A DNA stretch of 64,000 nt, taken from assembly GCA_963718615.1 (NCBI GenBank), contig OY970368.1, forward strand, positions 5,056,001-5,120,000, written 5' to 3'. Numbering within the stretch: position 1 is the stretch's first letter; each line of letters begins with the position of its first letter. The notes under the pieces were generated by a model, which worked only from the letters and a program-made list of their open reading frames with translations, made no database searches and was not told the origin of the DNA. Position numbers and translations under genes: made by a program. This document shows positions 38,221 through 48,275 of this stretch, one piece after another. This DNA comes from an uncultured cyanobacterium (GTDB taxonomy: Bacteria > Cyanobacteriota > Cyanobacteriia > PCC-9006 > JAAUQQ01).

Positions 38221-39480
38221 ATGCTGGCTCCCCTGCGTCGAATATTTGCTCGTTTCTTCAGAAATTCCCGCCAGGTTAATAATGAACCACTCAACAAAGT
38301 CAGTTTAATCGTTATTATCCTGATCGATTTGTTCATTCTTTTTAATACTTTTCAAGGGCTCAACGAAATTTCTCGCTGGCCGATGAGTCCTGACTTAGCC
38401 AATCCTTGCTATGGCGATTGGAACAGTTATCGTCAGGAGAAAGTTGAGAATAAAGACTTTACTATCTTGCGCAACACGCTGGAGCAACAGCCCTATGCAC
38501 CCGCGTCCACAGCAACAGGAGCACCAACAACCTTTGTACAACAGTTTCGTCGCAATGAGCAGGGACACTTGGGACAGGTTTCGGCCACTTGTTTGAACTA
38601 CGCAGCGTTGCAGGATCAGGTCACCAATTCTAAGGCGAAGGCCCTCAAGCAACAAATCGATCAAAAACAGCAGCAGGTACAACAGCTTCAAGCATCCAGC
38701 GCCCAAATCCGTGCCGAGTATGACTCGACCTTGCTCGATCAACTGGCCGGTCAATCCCCCGATCAATCGATCAATACCGTTGCTGCCTCGAAAGCCAAGC
38801 AAACCCTAGCAGACAACAACAACAAAGCCTTTACCCTCAAGCAGGAAATCAAGGCGCTGGAACAGCAAGTTCTTCAGCAACCCAATAGCATTGAATTTTT
38901 AAATTTTCTCAAAAATGAGCAGCAGTGGAATCCGCTAGAAAAAGCCTATAAACGGGCACAGTTCTGGTATCCCACGATTCAGTTGCTCTTTCAATCTGCT
39001 TTTCTCTTTCCCTTGATTGGGTTTACATTTTGGATTCATCGCACCTGTCAGCGGCGAGGCTATGGCTTAGCGGCTCTGATTAGCTGGCATTTGCTGGTGG
39101 TTTTCTTTATTCCCTTTGTTTTTAAGCTGTTTGAGCTGCTGCAATTTGGCCCTATTTTCACAGCTATCTCTAGCTTTATTTTAGGAATTTCTCAAGGGCT
39201 GATTTTTCTCGTTCGCTATGCCACAATCTTGATGATTCCCCTGCTGGGTTTTGGCTTAATCCGATTCTTTCAGCGGTTTGTTTTTAACCCCAAAATCCAG
39301 GCTGCAAGCCGAGTGCAGAAAGGCCGCTGCATTCGCTGTGCCAAACGGCTGAGCCCCCATGATCAGCATTGTCCCCACTGTGGCTATCACCAGCACACGG
39401 CCTGCCCTAGCTGCCACAAACCCACCTATAAACACCTGCCCCACTGCAAAAATTGCGGTGCGTTCCAGGGGCAATCCTAA
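38221..39480 (+). CDS. membrane protein with periplasmic coiled coil and C-terminal double zinc ribbon
   Basis: TM segments plus CIRC..CPHC..CPSC..CKNC. Confidence 0.75.
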   Translation: MLAPLRRIFARFFRNSRQVNNEPLNKVSLIVIILIDLFILFNTFQGLNEISRWPMSPDLANPCYGDWNSYRQEKVENKDFTILRNTLEQQPYAPASTATGAPTTFVQQFRRNEQGHLGQVSATCLNYAALQDQVTNSKAKALKQQIDQKQQQVQQLQASSAQIRAEYDSTLLDQLAGQSPDQSINTVAASKAKQTLADNNNKAFTLKQEIKALEQQVLQQPNSIEFLNFLKNEQQWNPLEKAYKRAQFWYPTIQLLFQSAFLFPLIGFTFWIHRTCQRRGYGLAALISWHLLVVFFIPFVFKLFELLQFGPIFTAISSFILGISQGLIFLVRYATILMIPLLGFGLIRFFQRFVFNPKIQAASRVQKGRCIRCAKRLSPHDQHCPHCGYHQHTACPSCHKPTYKHLPHCKNCGAFQGQS

Positions 39481-39527
39481 CGCGATGTAGATTGTAGACG
39501 GTAGATTGTGGTGATTGTTTTCCAGAG

Positions 39528-40304
39528 TTACGGATCTAGCATTGCTGTTAGCCAAGCTTGATCTGCTTCAGAAAATTGTGGGGGCGGTGGGGGTTGGCCA
39601 TAGTCGATCGCCAAATCAAAGCCCGCCCGCTCATAGGTTGTCTGTAAAACCTGCTGCAAATCCAGACTCGCCCCCTCATCCGCTGCCCGCAGCGGAATTA
39701 GCAAAGTTGGCATCCCCTCTTGCAGCCCAAACCCGTAGAAATCCGCCCCCGGTCTTTCCTCGGCACGACTGACAATCACGGAGTAAAGCGAGGGCTCCAC
39801 TGTGCCGAGCCAAGCCATGGCCCGACCAGCCCGCAACAAATCAATTTCGACCAAGTGCACCCGACTGCCGAGAACGCGTCTCCGCTTGGCTTCATAGGCC
39901 TCGCGTCCTGGACCAGCTTTCTTGTTTTTAGGGGACAGTAACTCGATGACTGTGACTACAAGTCCTGTGGCGACATCCTTAATTTCTAGATAGCTTTCTC
40001 GGACTTCTTCCGGCATGGGTAGCACGATGCGCCGAGGTTGCAAGATACTTGAACGGGTCACATTCCCCAAGGTTTCTACAGGGGGTGTTTGCAGCGAGCG
40101 AGATACGGTGACATCAGGAATACCAACGGTAACGGATTCTCCGTTCACCATTTCGTAAACGCGACGTTCCACTGCTACCCGGTACTTAGGCATCACTTGG
40201 GGGTTGAGTACGTCTGCGATCGCCACCACCAAACGACTATGAACCTCGGGCCAGAGCTGGGGATCTTCTAAGTACGGGTTCATTCCGGGGAAGGGAGAAG
40301 GCAT
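39528..40304 (-). CDS. DUF4058 family protein
   Basis: MPSPFPGMNPYLE, IELLSPKNK, HLVEIDLLRAG. Confidence 0.88.
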   Translation of the reverse strand: MPSPFPGMNPYLEDPQLWPEVHSRLVVAIADVLNPQVMPKYRVAVERRVYEMVNGESVTVGIPDVTVSRSLQTPPVETLGNVTRSSILQPRRIVLPMPEEVRESYLEIKDVATGLVVTVIELLSPKNKKAGPGREAYEAKRRRVLGSRVHLVEIDLLRAGRAMAWLGTVEPSLYSVIVSRAEERPGADFYGFGLQEGMPTLLIPLRAADEGASLDLQQVLQTTYERAGFDLAIDYGQPPPPPQFSEADQAWLTAMLDP

Positions 40305-40406
40305 GGGTAGGCTAGGGGCGATCGCTGTGTTTATCATAATGCCGGCTCACCCAACGCATGCCCTTGGTTTGGCGCGTCCCTAACAAACTCGGCAACCCAT
40401 TTGCAT

Positions 40407-41306
40407 TTAAGTAACGGTTTTCATCCAAGCGATGCACTGCTGCATTTGTTCCTGGACAGCGTCGCGATCGCCCCCATACCGCCGCCCGTGCCCCGGCAAC
40501 ACCCACTCAAATTCATAGGTGGCTAGCCGTTCCATCGACTCAATTTGCTTCTCCCAGGAGTACCAACAAAAGCGATTAAACCCAGCTAAATGCCCTAGGC
40601 GTGCAGACCAAGCCAGGTGATCTCCCGTGAACAAAAATTTGTTTTGGTACAGCAACACTGTATGGCCTTTGGTGTGGCCAGGAACGGGAATAATGGTTAA
40701 CTCAGGTTCCAGTTGCATGGGATCGGTGCCCGTGAGTTGAATTTCGACATCCTGGGTGTCTGGACCGATTTCGTCGGCGTGGAGAATGCGATCGCAAGCC
40801 ATTCCCACCGGATTCACCTGACTAAAATGCCGCTGCAACTCAGCATGGTCGGCAATGTCATCGCGATGGGTCAGATAAATATAGCGAATCCCGCCCAAGG
40901 CTTCCAGTTGCCTTACCAACGGTGCGGCAAGGCGAGGAGAATCTATCAAAATATTGCCCTCGGGTCGCTGAATCAAATAGCTGGCAGCCCCGTAGGATTT
41001 TTGCGAGTGATAGCCACAGTGATAGACATTGTCGGCAATGGGCAGGGGAAACTCGGCCTGGACGGTTTTGATGTCAGTGGGCGGGGTGACGGTGCCGATG
41101 GAAGCGGTAGGACAGGATAAAAGGGCCTGTAGGGCGGGGTGGCGATCGCCCGCGCCTTCCGGCTGATGCACCACAGCGGATTGCTCACCCAAACGCCCAA
41201 AAACTGCGGGAGCCATCCAGCGGCAGGTGTCGCAGTCGATGCAGGTGCTGTCAACGTAAAAATCCCCTTCGACATTTTCCGGGCGGCGCTGGGCAAGATG
41301 AGCCAT
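40407..41306 (-). CDS. ferredoxin-fused MBL-fold metallo-hydrolase
   Basis: CIDCDTC..CP, THRDD, PGHT.GH, FTGDH, LPGHG. Confidence 0.88.
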   Translation of the reverse strand: MAHLAQRRPENVEGDFYVDSTCIDCDTCRWMAPAVFGRLGEQSAVVHQPEGAGDRHPALQALLSCPTASIGTVTPPTDIKTVQAEFPLPIADNVYHCGYHSQKSYGAASYLIQRPEGNILIDSPRLAAPLVRQLEALGGIRYIYLTHRDDIADHAELQRHFSQVNPVGMACDRILHADEIGPDTQDVEIQLTGTDPMQLEPELTIIPVPGHTKGHTVLLYQNKFLFTGDHLAWSARLGHLAGFNRFCWYSWEKQIESMERLATYEFEWVLPGHGRRYGGDRDAVQEQMQQCIAWMKTVT

Positions 41307-41430
41307 GATTCTGATTCCGCAACTCAATACCTTAGATCATAGCCATTATGATTATGGGTTGGAGGAAGACTTCGGTAATCGTAAGATAGATTAAGTCTGG
41401 CAATTCAGTCCTGCGGACCCTGAGACGACC

Positions 41431-41476
41431 CTATCTCTAAGATTTCCATCTCTAAGATTTCCATCTCTAAGATTTC
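41431..41476. repeat. 15-bp tandem repeat x3
   Basis: (c[t/c]atctctaagattt)3 just upstream of the hugZ-like gene. Confidence 0.85.
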
Positions 41477-41484
41477 TATGCCCT

Positions 41485-41997
41485 ATGTCCAAATTTGAAG
41501 ACGCCGTTGCGACCTACCAAACCTTTGCGGAAGGCTTTCAGAGCCTCATGCTCAGTACCGTCAGCGCCGACGGCATGCCCAATGCCAGCTATGCGCCCTT
41601 CGTTAAAGATGAGGCCAATCATTTTTACATTTTCGTCAGCGGCCTTTCGACCCACACTCAAAACCTTCACACCGTACCCAAAGCCAGCATTTTGCTAATC
41701 GAAGACGAACAGAATACGGCCCAGATTTTTGCGCGGCGACGGCTGACGTTAGATTGTGAAGCGACTTTGCTGGAACGGGAAATGGATGGCCAGGAAACAG
41801 AAGCTTGGGCGGCGATCGCCAATCAGTTTCAAGCCCGTTTTGGTCCCATGATCGAAATGCTGCGCGGCTTATCAGATTTTCGCATTTTCCAGTTGCGACC
41901 CTTTGCGGGACGCTTTGTTCTTGGGTTTGGCGCTGCCTACGCGGTAGATCCCAATCGTCTAAACCAACTCTTGCCCCTGCAAGCCGAACAGAATTAG
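41485..41997 (+). CDS. HugZ/HutZ-like pyridoxamine 5'-phosphate oxidase-fold heme utilization protein
   Basis: PNASYAPF, SGLSTHTQNL, FARRRL, GRFVLGFG.AY. Confidence 0.85.
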   Translation: MSKFEDAVATYQTFAEGFQSLMLSTVSADGMPNASYAPFVKDEANHFYIFVSGLSTHTQNLHTVPKASILLIEDEQNTAQIFARRRLTLDCEATLLEREMDGQETEAWAAIANQFQARFGPMIEMLRGLSDFRIFQLRPFAGRFVLGFGAAYAVDPNRLNQLLPLQAEQN

Positions 41998-42036
41998 CCA
42001 AAATGCAAAAACCCAACTGAATGGGCAGGGCCAAAT

Positions 42037-42072
42037 CCAAGAAAACCGAAGCAATTCGCTCGGCTTTCTTGG
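42037..42072. terminator. hairpin between convergent genes
   Basis: ccaagaaaaccga...tcggctttcttgg inverted repeat. Confidence 0.55.
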
Positions 42073-42094
42073 CTTCAATGCTTTACAACTGCGA

Positions 42095-42307
42095 TTAACC
42101 TTCGCCGCCTTCGCCACCTTCTTCGGCAGGAGTTACTGTAGGGCTAGCCGCATCGGAAGGAGTCGCGGCGGGGTTAGCTTCCGGCGTCATGGTTTCGGTT
42201 GCGGCGGGGGCATCCGTCGCCGGGGTTTCAGTCGTGGGACTACTACAAGCCACCATGGAAGAGGCTAGACCCAGGGCCAAAAATAGTTCAACGGGCTTCA
42301 GTTTCAT
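42095..42307 (-). CDS. small lipoprotein with C-terminal EGGEGGEG motif
   Basis: Lipobox-like MVAC, Pro/Ala/Thr linker, EEGGEGGEG end; RBS GAGGAG. Confidence 0.8.
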   Translation of the reverse strand: MKLKPVELFLALGLASSMVACSSPTTETPATDAPAATETMTPEANPAATPSDAASPTVTPAEEGGEGGEG

Positions 42308-42431
42308 AATCATTCACTCCTCAATGTGGGTTTCTGACACAGACGCAGAAACATAGTTTTCCAATATAGGTCAATTTGTCAAAATCGTTTCTTTCCCAAG
42401 ATGGATTTTTCTGTTAATTCCGTGATTTGGC

Positions 42432-43523
42432 CTATTTCCAGCCGACCCGATCCATGAGGGCGATCGCCTCCGGATTATTCTTGCCATAAACCGAAACATT
42501 AACACTGGCGGGCTGGTAGTCCCCAAAGGCTTTCAGCACCGGATCGAGGGCAATCCCTTTCACAACGGGATATTCATTGTTACCCTCGGCAAAAAACTTT
42601 TGGGCTTCAGGGCTGGCTAAATAGTCCAAAAATTTAACGGCATTGTCCTTGTGGGGTGATTTTGCCAAGACCCCGGCTCCGCTGATATTGACATGGGTAT
42701 CCGTGGGAAAAAAGGCCGCAACTTTCGCCGTAACGGCCTTGTCCTGGGGGTCCTCAGACTTCATCAAGCGGGCCAGATAATAGTGATTCACTAAGGCCAC
42801 ATCGCAGCTACCTCCTGCAACGGCTCGAATCTGATCCACATCGCCCCCTTCCGGTTGCCGCGCAAAATTATTGACTAGTCCTTGAGCCCAAGTTTCCGTA
42901 GCAGCGGCACCCTCCTTTTCGATTAAGGCTGCGACCAAAGACTGATTGTAAATATTGCTAGAACTGCGAATGCAGAGCCGTCCTTTCCATTTCGGATCCG
43001 CCAGGTCTTCGTAGGTCGAAAGCTCCTGAGGCTGAACTTCAGCTGGGTTGTAGACCATAATTCGAGCGCGCTCTGAAAATCCATACCACAGTCCATCGGG
43101 ATGACGCAGATTTGCAGGAATCGCAGCTTCTAGGGTCGGCGATTGGACGGATTGCAACAGCCCTTCCTGTTCGGCGCGCCAGATCCGACCGGCATCGACG
43201 GTGATGAAGACATCCGCAGGACTGCGATCGCCCTCACTCTTGAGTCGCTCTAGCAATTCACTGTCTTTCCCTTCAATGATATTGACTTGAATTCCTGTTT
43301 TCTGTTTGAAGCCGTCATAGAGCGCATTGTCAGTGTTGTAGTGACGGGCTGAGTAGATGTTGACCACCGCATTGCCTTGAGCCTGATCCTGGCTACCTTG
43401 AGCGCCTGAAACGATCTGCTCCGTTGGCGTCACTGTACAACCCGTCAGCAGTGCCAGCACTGCAACGATGCCCCAGGACCGGCGAACTCCCCGACGGGGT
43501 GTGCGATCGCTTGCGATATTCAT
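42432..43523 (-). CDS. futA: Fe(III) ABC transporter substrate-binding protein FutA/IdiA
   Basis: YSARHY, ADVFITVDAGR, IRSSSNIYNQSL, NHYYL, HVNISG, NNEYP. Confidence 0.93.
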   Translation of the reverse strand: MNIASDRTPRRGVRRSWGIVAVLALLTGCTVTPTEQIVSGAQGSQDQAQGNAVVNIYSARHYNTDNALYDGFKQKTGIQVNIIEGKDSELLERLKSEGDRSPADVFITVDAGRIWRAEQEGLLQSVQSPTLEAAIPANLRHPDGLWYGFSERARIMVYNPAEVQPQELSTYEDLADPKWKGRLCIRSSSNIYNQSLVAALIEKEGAAATETWAQGLVNNFARQPEGGDVDQIRAVAGGSCDVALVNHYYLARLMKSEDPQDKAVTAKVAAFFPTDTHVNISGAGVLAKSPHKDNAVKFLDYLASPEAQKFFAEGNNEYPVVKGIALDPVLKAFGDYQPASVNVSVYGKNNPEAIALMDRVGWK

Positions 43524-43542
43524 GGAATTTTCTAAAATACTT

Positions 43543-43562
43543 ATTGAGATTAATTACTATTT
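43543..43562. promoter_or_regulatory. Fur-box-like AT-rich site upstream of futA
   Basis: ATTGAGATTAATTACTATT, 20-40 bp before the futA start; resemblance only. Confidence 0.4.
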
Positions 43563-43609
43563 AACATAATTTAGAGCAAAATTTGGAGCAAATCGTAATC
43601 CTGACTCCC

Positions 43610-44548
43610 CTAGCGGAACAGCAAGGCAATCCCCAGCAGCGAAGCGGCAACGCCCAAAAGCGCTCGGGCCGAGAGAGCCTCGCCTTGCCAAACCGCAAGG
43701 GGCAAAATAAAGAGCTGACTGGTGCTGCTCAGGGCCTGGGAAATCCCCGTTGGGGCATATTTGAGAGAGATTTGCTGGAGCCAGATGCCGAGGAAAGTAC
43801 CGAAGAGCGCGGCGATCGCCACCCCACCCAGCAGCCTCGGCTGCCTGACCCCCTGCCATACCGGTTGCAGCCGTTCCGCCCAGGACCCCAACCGCTGTCC
43901 CCCCTTTCCCCAGGACCCTACCCCCAACCACAACAGCAGGACCAGCGTCCCCGCCCCAATCCGGATCAGGGCACTCCAGAGCGGATCGATTGTCGTCTCG
44001 GCAAGGGCAGCACGGGACATCACGGCCCCACTCGCCTGTCCCACCACCGCCAGTAGGCCATAACCAATACCGGGCCCTAAATTCTGGGGACTGATGACAC
44101 CACTGCCCACCGGCAACCGCTCGCTCACGGCCCAAGTCACGCCCCCGACAGTGAGCAAAATTCCAGCGAGATCAAGCCCGCTCAAAATTTCCTGTAAGAA
44201 CCCTAGGGCCAGCAGGGCCGAAAGCGGGGGAGCGAGGGATTCGATTAGCAGTGCCCGTCGAGGGCCAATGAGGAGGAGCGATCGAAAGAAAAACGTGTCC
44301 CCCAGGCCAATGCCGATGATGCCGCTGAGAGCAAGGCCGATGAGGGGTGGGGGAGTGATGGGGTGGGGAAAGGGACGCTCAAGCAGTAAAAGCGTGAGGC
44401 AGAGAAAGGCGATCGCCACCAACCCCTTGAGGAGATTGAGGATCAGCGGTGCAATCCGAGTGCCGACACGGGCGTAGATCATGGAGGCGATCGCCCAAAA
44501 CAACGCAGCCGTCAGCGCCGCCAACTCCCCCCGCAAGCCTGAAACCAT
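43610..44548 (-). CDS. DMT/EamA family transporter
   Basis: GELAALTAALFWA, SGIIGIGLGD; about 10 TM. Confidence 0.88.
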   Translation of the reverse strand: MVSGLRGELAALTAALFWAIASMIYARVGTRIAPLILNLLKGLVAIAFLCLTLLLLERPFPHPITPPPLIGLALSGIIGIGLGDTFFFRSLLLIGPRRALLIESLAPPLSALLALGFLQEILSGLDLAGILLTVGGVTWAVSERLPVGSGVISPQNLGPGIGYGLLAVVGQASGAVMSRAALAETTIDPLWSALIRIGAGTLVLLLWLGVGSWGKGGQRLGSWAERLQPVWQGVRQPRLLGGVAIAALFGTFLGIWLQQISLKYAPTGISQALSSTSQLFILPLAVWQGEALSARALLGVAASLLGIALLFR

Positions 44549-44694
44549 AGACACTCCCATCTCACCAGCCCCGATTTTCCATCACCCGATTTCCCATTAC
44601 CCGATTTCCCATCACCCATCACCCCACCGCACTCCAGTATGATGGACAGAAACGAAACCCTTATAAACCTCTATTCAAGACAGGACCGCTGACC

Positions 44695-45285
44695 ATGGAT
44701 GCAATGGAGTTTTTTCGTCGCAGTGCAGGCCAATGGCAATCGCAGCGCACGACCCACCATTTGCCCTTTCGCCGGGCGGAAAGCGGCTCTTCTTCGATTT
44801 TAGTCAAGGCCCTGGAGCCCCAGGATCCTCGGGTGATTGAAATTTGCCAGATGCACGAATTTGACCCGTCTCGGGCGATCGGCGGGGCCTATGTCACTTG
44901 GAACGGCTCCATGGAGTGGGATAAGGACACCGAAGACCATGAGGGCAGCACGGTGTTTGCGCTGGTTCCCGATGAGGGCAATCCCCGCGAGGGCAGCCTG
45001 CTGCGGGAGCGCGGCTACGCAGAGATTGCACCGGTCGTGGGCCGTTATCTGTTGGACGATGAAGATGGCCTAGTCCTGACGACGGAATACGAAACCATGA
45101 GCTCGGTCGAGCGGTTCTGGTTTATGGGACCCAATTTACGGTTGCGCAGCAGCACGGTGAAGCGGTTTGGGGGGCTGAGTACGTCCTCGTTCTGTGCAGA
45201 AACCCGCGTGGCCGAAGCGAATTCATCGGAGCGTACCGAGAAATCCTGGGAGGAAACAGCACTATATTCCAGCTTGGGCTGGTAA
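44695..45285 (+). CDS. cpcS: CpcS/CpeS-type phycobiliprotein lyase
   Basis: FFRRSAGQWQSQRTTHHL, LLRERGYAE, ERFWF..PNLRLRSS. Confidence 0.88.
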   Translation: MDAMEFFRRSAGQWQSQRTTHHLPFRRAESGSSSILVKALEPQDPRVIEICQMHEFDPSRAIGGAYVTWNGSMEWDKDTEDHEGSTVFALVPDEGNPREGSLLRERGYAEIAPVVGRYLLDDEDGLVLTTEYETMSSVERFWFMGPNLRLRSSTVKRFGGLSTSSFCAETRVAEANSSERTEKSWEETALYSSLGW

Positions 45286-45341
45286 AGGAAAAAACCTGGA
45301 CATTGCTGAATCAAGGGATGCAGTTTTCTGCCCAGATGGTC

Positions 45342-46130
45342 CTAAATCAATTCGTTGGGATCAACGCCCAATTCCCGCAGCCGAGCCATGAGCTTGGCCT
45401 TGGACAATCGTTCTTGAGCAAGCTGCTCTTGTACCTGAGCAGCTTGTTCTTGTGCCTGAGCGGCTTGGGCTTCTGCCAGTTCTGCTCGGGCGGCTTCGGC
45501 CTCTTCCGGGGAAAAAACCAAATCCCCCGTGGCGGTAAAAAACCTTAACTGGTTGCTATGGATGCCCAAAAATAATTGCAGTTGAGCACTCCACAACCAG
45601 CCCTCTGGGTTGGGTTCAAGGGGGCGATAGACACCGTTAACCAGGCTAAAGCCTTGGAGCTCTAGGGTTTCAGGATGGCACCAGAAGTAGTCCATCACCC
45701 GCCAAGTGTCCTGGTAGAGTGCTTTCTTGGTCGTGCGATCGACCTTTGCCGTTGAGTCAGAGAGCAATTCGATGACGACATGGGGATATTTACCCGCCTC
45801 TCGCCAGACCATCCAGCTTTTGCGATCGCGCTTCTCCGTTCCCAAAACCACATAAAAGTCCGGTCCGCGAAAATTTCGGGTGGTTCGTTGCTCGGGGTCA
45901 TAGAAAACCGTCGTGTTGCCCGAAGCATAGAAATCTTGCCGATCGCGCCAGTGATACTCCAGCAGGCGAATCAGCAAGTCAATTTGTCGGCGGTGAAAAT
46001 CAGATTCCAAGGGGGGTTCGTCACTTTCCCATTCTTCAGAGAGCCAGTCTGCATGGAGCGCTTCCCAATCTTCTAGGGAGCCATAAAAGTCTGGCGGTGG
46101 TGAGGGGACTGGCAGGCGAGCTTGGACCAT
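45342..46130 (-). CDS. Uma2 family endonuclease-like protein
   Basis: SDEPPLES, FRGPDFYVV, VIELLSDST..D...K. Confidence 0.9.
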   Translation of the reverse strand: MVQARLPVPSPPPDFYGSLEDWEALHADWLSEEWESDEPPLESDFHRRQIDLLIRLLEYHWRDRQDFYASGNTTVFYDPEQRTTRNFRGPDFYVVLGTEKRDRKSWMVWREAGKYPHVVIELLSDSTAKVDRTTKKALYQDTWRVMDYFWCHPETLELQGFSLVNGVYRPLEPNPEGWLWSAQLQLFLGIHSNQLRFFTATGDLVFSPEEAEAARAELAEAQAAQAQEQAAQVQEQLAQERLSKAKLMARLRELGVDPNELI

Positions 46131-46193
46131 AAACTGAACCAGCGCTTTCTTTGATCATACCGAATTCGGAGCTTGAGAAATTCAGGCCAAGGG

Positions 46194-47354
46194 TCAGGCC
46201 AAGGGTAATGAGAACCGAAATTCGCTGCCGATGCCGAGCTGGCTGTTCGCCTGGATTTCTCCCCCTTGGAGCTCGACCAGACGGCGGGCGATCGCCAACC
46301 CAATCCCCGAACCACTCCCATCCCGCTGTCGGGCCTTATCCGCTCGCCAAAAGCGCTCAAAAATCCGAGGCAAATCCTCCGGGGCAATGCCCTGTCCCGT
46401 ATCCACCACCGCAATCCAGAGGCGGGCAGGTTGGGTCAACTGAGGGTCTACCCAGGCTCTGACGGTGATTGAGCCCTTTTCGGTGTAGCGGATGGCGTTG
46501 CCCAGGAGATTCACCAAAATTTGTTCGATGCGGGCGCGATCGCCCCGCACCTCCGGCAGTTCAGGCTCCAGCGCCAGACCCAGCACCGGGCCATCTTCCC
46601 AAATTTGGTCCGCGAAGCGAGCCACCAGGTTTTTGAGCAGAGGGGCGATCGCCAGGACTTCAGACTGAATCGGCAAATACCCCGCCTCCGCCTTCGAGAG
46701 AGTCTGAAAATCTTCCACCAAGCGCTGAAGTCGCCGCGTTTCCTGGGTTAACCGTCCAAAGACCTCCGGCGAAGACTCTAGGGTCCCGTCCTGCATCCCT
46801 TCCAGATACCCCATCAGCACCGTGAGCGGGGTACGCAGTTCGTGGGTCAAATCGCCAACCAATTCCCGACGGCGCTGTTCAACGTTTTCAAGCCCCATGG
46901 CCATCTGGTTAAAACTCAGCGCCAACTGATTGAGTTCTTCGATTTCGCTCCCTGGTAGCCGCGCATTCAGTTCCCCCTCCGCAAACCGCTGGGTAATTTG
47001 CTGCATCCGCTTCAGGGGCTGCGTGATTCGCCGCGCCAGCCAGTAGCTCAGTCCGCCGGCCACGCCGCCCCCCAATAGCACCGACCACTTCGCCCCTTGA
47101 CTCCAAGCTTTTTCAAACCCTTCGACCAATTGATAACGCAGCTGAGCCACCCGAATTCCCCGTCCCTCCAACTGTCGCAATTGCCAGACAAAGAGTTGGG
47201 GCGTGTAAATCCGGCCTACGCCAATCAGTACCGCAATTCCCACCACCATCACCACCAAATGGGAAATCAGCAGACTGGTTTGCAGATCCGGTCGGGGCAA
47301 GGGAGAGGGACGTAAGCGTCGCTGATCTGGTCGCTGATCTGGGGGTTGACCCAT
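46194..47354 (-). CDS. sensor histidine kinase (HAMP-HisKA-HATPase; CopS/Hik31-like)
   Basis: HELRTPLT, NLLGNAIRY, DTGQGI, FERFWRAD, GSGIGLAI. Confidence 0.92.
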   Translation of the reverse strand: MGQPPDQRPDQRRLRPSPLPRPDLQTSLLISHLVVMVVGIAVLIGVGRIYTPQLFVWQLRQLEGRGIRVAQLRYQLVEGFEKAWSQGAKWSVLLGGGVAGGLSYWLARRITQPLKRMQQITQRFAEGELNARLPGSEIEELNQLALSFNQMAMGLENVEQRRRELVGDLTHELRTPLTVLMGYLEGMQDGTLESSPEVFGRLTQETRRLQRLVEDFQTLSKAEAGYLPIQSEVLAIAPLLKNLVARFADQIWEDGPVLGLALEPELPEVRGDRARIEQILVNLLGNAIRYTEKGSITVRAWVDPQLTQPARLWIAVVDTGQGIAPEDLPRIFERFWRADKARQRDGSGSGIGLAIARRLVELQGGEIQANSQLGIGSEFRFSLPLA

Positions 47355-47366
47355 GCAAATAGCCTC

Positions 47367-48095
47367 TTAAAGGACCTCGTCTTCAAACTTGTAGCCCACA
47401 CCAATGACCGTTTTCACAAAGCTAGGCTTCCCTGGATCCGGCTCGATCTTCTTGCGCAGTCGGGCAATATGCGTATCCACAACCCGCTCATCGCCATAAA
47501 AATCCCCCTCCCACAGTTTATCGATGAGCTGACTGCGGCTCCAAACCCGTCCGGGGTAGCTCAAAAACGCGCTGAGCAGCTTGAATTCCAGCGTCGTCAG
47601 ATCCAATTCCTCTGATTCTGCCCCTGGGCCATGGCCCTCATCTAGCATCCGATAGGCTTTGTGCTGCTCCAGGTCCACCAGGAAATGGACAGTGCGATGG
47701 GTGAGGGTGGCGGTGGGTGCGATTTGGCGGAGCGATCGCCTCAACAACGCCCGCACCCGCGCCACCAACTCCTTTGGGCTAAAGGGTTTGACTAAATAAT
47801 CATCCGCCCCGGTCGAAAGCCCAATAATCCGATCGACCTCCTCTCCCTTGGCGGTCAGCATCAAAATATAGGGATCCTTCGGCCCCGGCTGTTGCCGTAC
47901 CCTTGCACAGACTTCCAGCCCATCTAACCCCGGCAGCATCAAATCCAGAATGATCAGGTCTGGGGGTTGCGATCGCACTTCCTCCAGCGCCGTCAATCCA
48001 TCCCGACACCAGCGGCAGCCAAACCCCTCTCGCTCCAGCAGCAGGTTCAGCAATTGCCCAATCTCAAAATCATCTTCCACGATCAAAATATCCAT
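47367..48095 (-). CDS. OmpR-family response regulator (CopR/Rre34-like)
   Basis: ILIVEDD, ILDLMLP, ADDYLVKPF, VDTHIARLRKKIE; ATG at 48095. Confidence 0.92.
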   Translation of the reverse strand: MDILIVEDDFEIGQLLNLLLEREGFGCRWCRDGLTALEEVRSQPPDLIILDLMLPGLDGLEVCARVRQQPGPKDPYILMLTAKGEEVDRIIGLSTGADDYLVKPFSPKELVARVRALLRRSLRQIAPTATLTHRTVHFLVDLEQHKAYRMLDEGHGPGAESEELDLTTLEFKLLSAFLSYPGRVWSRSQLIDKLWEGDFYGDERVVDTHIARLRKKIEPDPGKPSFVKTVIGVGYKFEDEVL

Positions 48096-48146
48096 GATTT
48101 CCCCTTTGCCTTTCCTCCTGATTTCCGAAAACTCGTTTCTGAGAAA

Positions 48147-48164
48147 AACGTAAAGTTTTGCAAA
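48147..48164 (-). promoter_or_regulatory. HLR1-like (RpaB) direct repeat upstream of cpcG
   Basis: Minus strand TTTGCAAA-AC-TTTACGTT; one mismatch per half-site versus (G/T)TTACA(A/T)(A/T). Confidence 0.4.
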
Positions 48165-48275
48165 GTTAAACTCTGTAATGTTTTGCCACAACCTGCCGTG
48201 ATGCGTCCCTCATCGCTTTATGATCAGCCAGAGTCTTCGTTTTTTAAGATTTCGTTAGGTTAGGGAGACACTAAC

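Noticed and set aside
45342-46130. Uma2 (and DUF4058 at 39528-40304) as a restriction or defence system
   Set aside because: Solitary members of families widely expanded in cyanobacteria; no methylase or partner adjacent.
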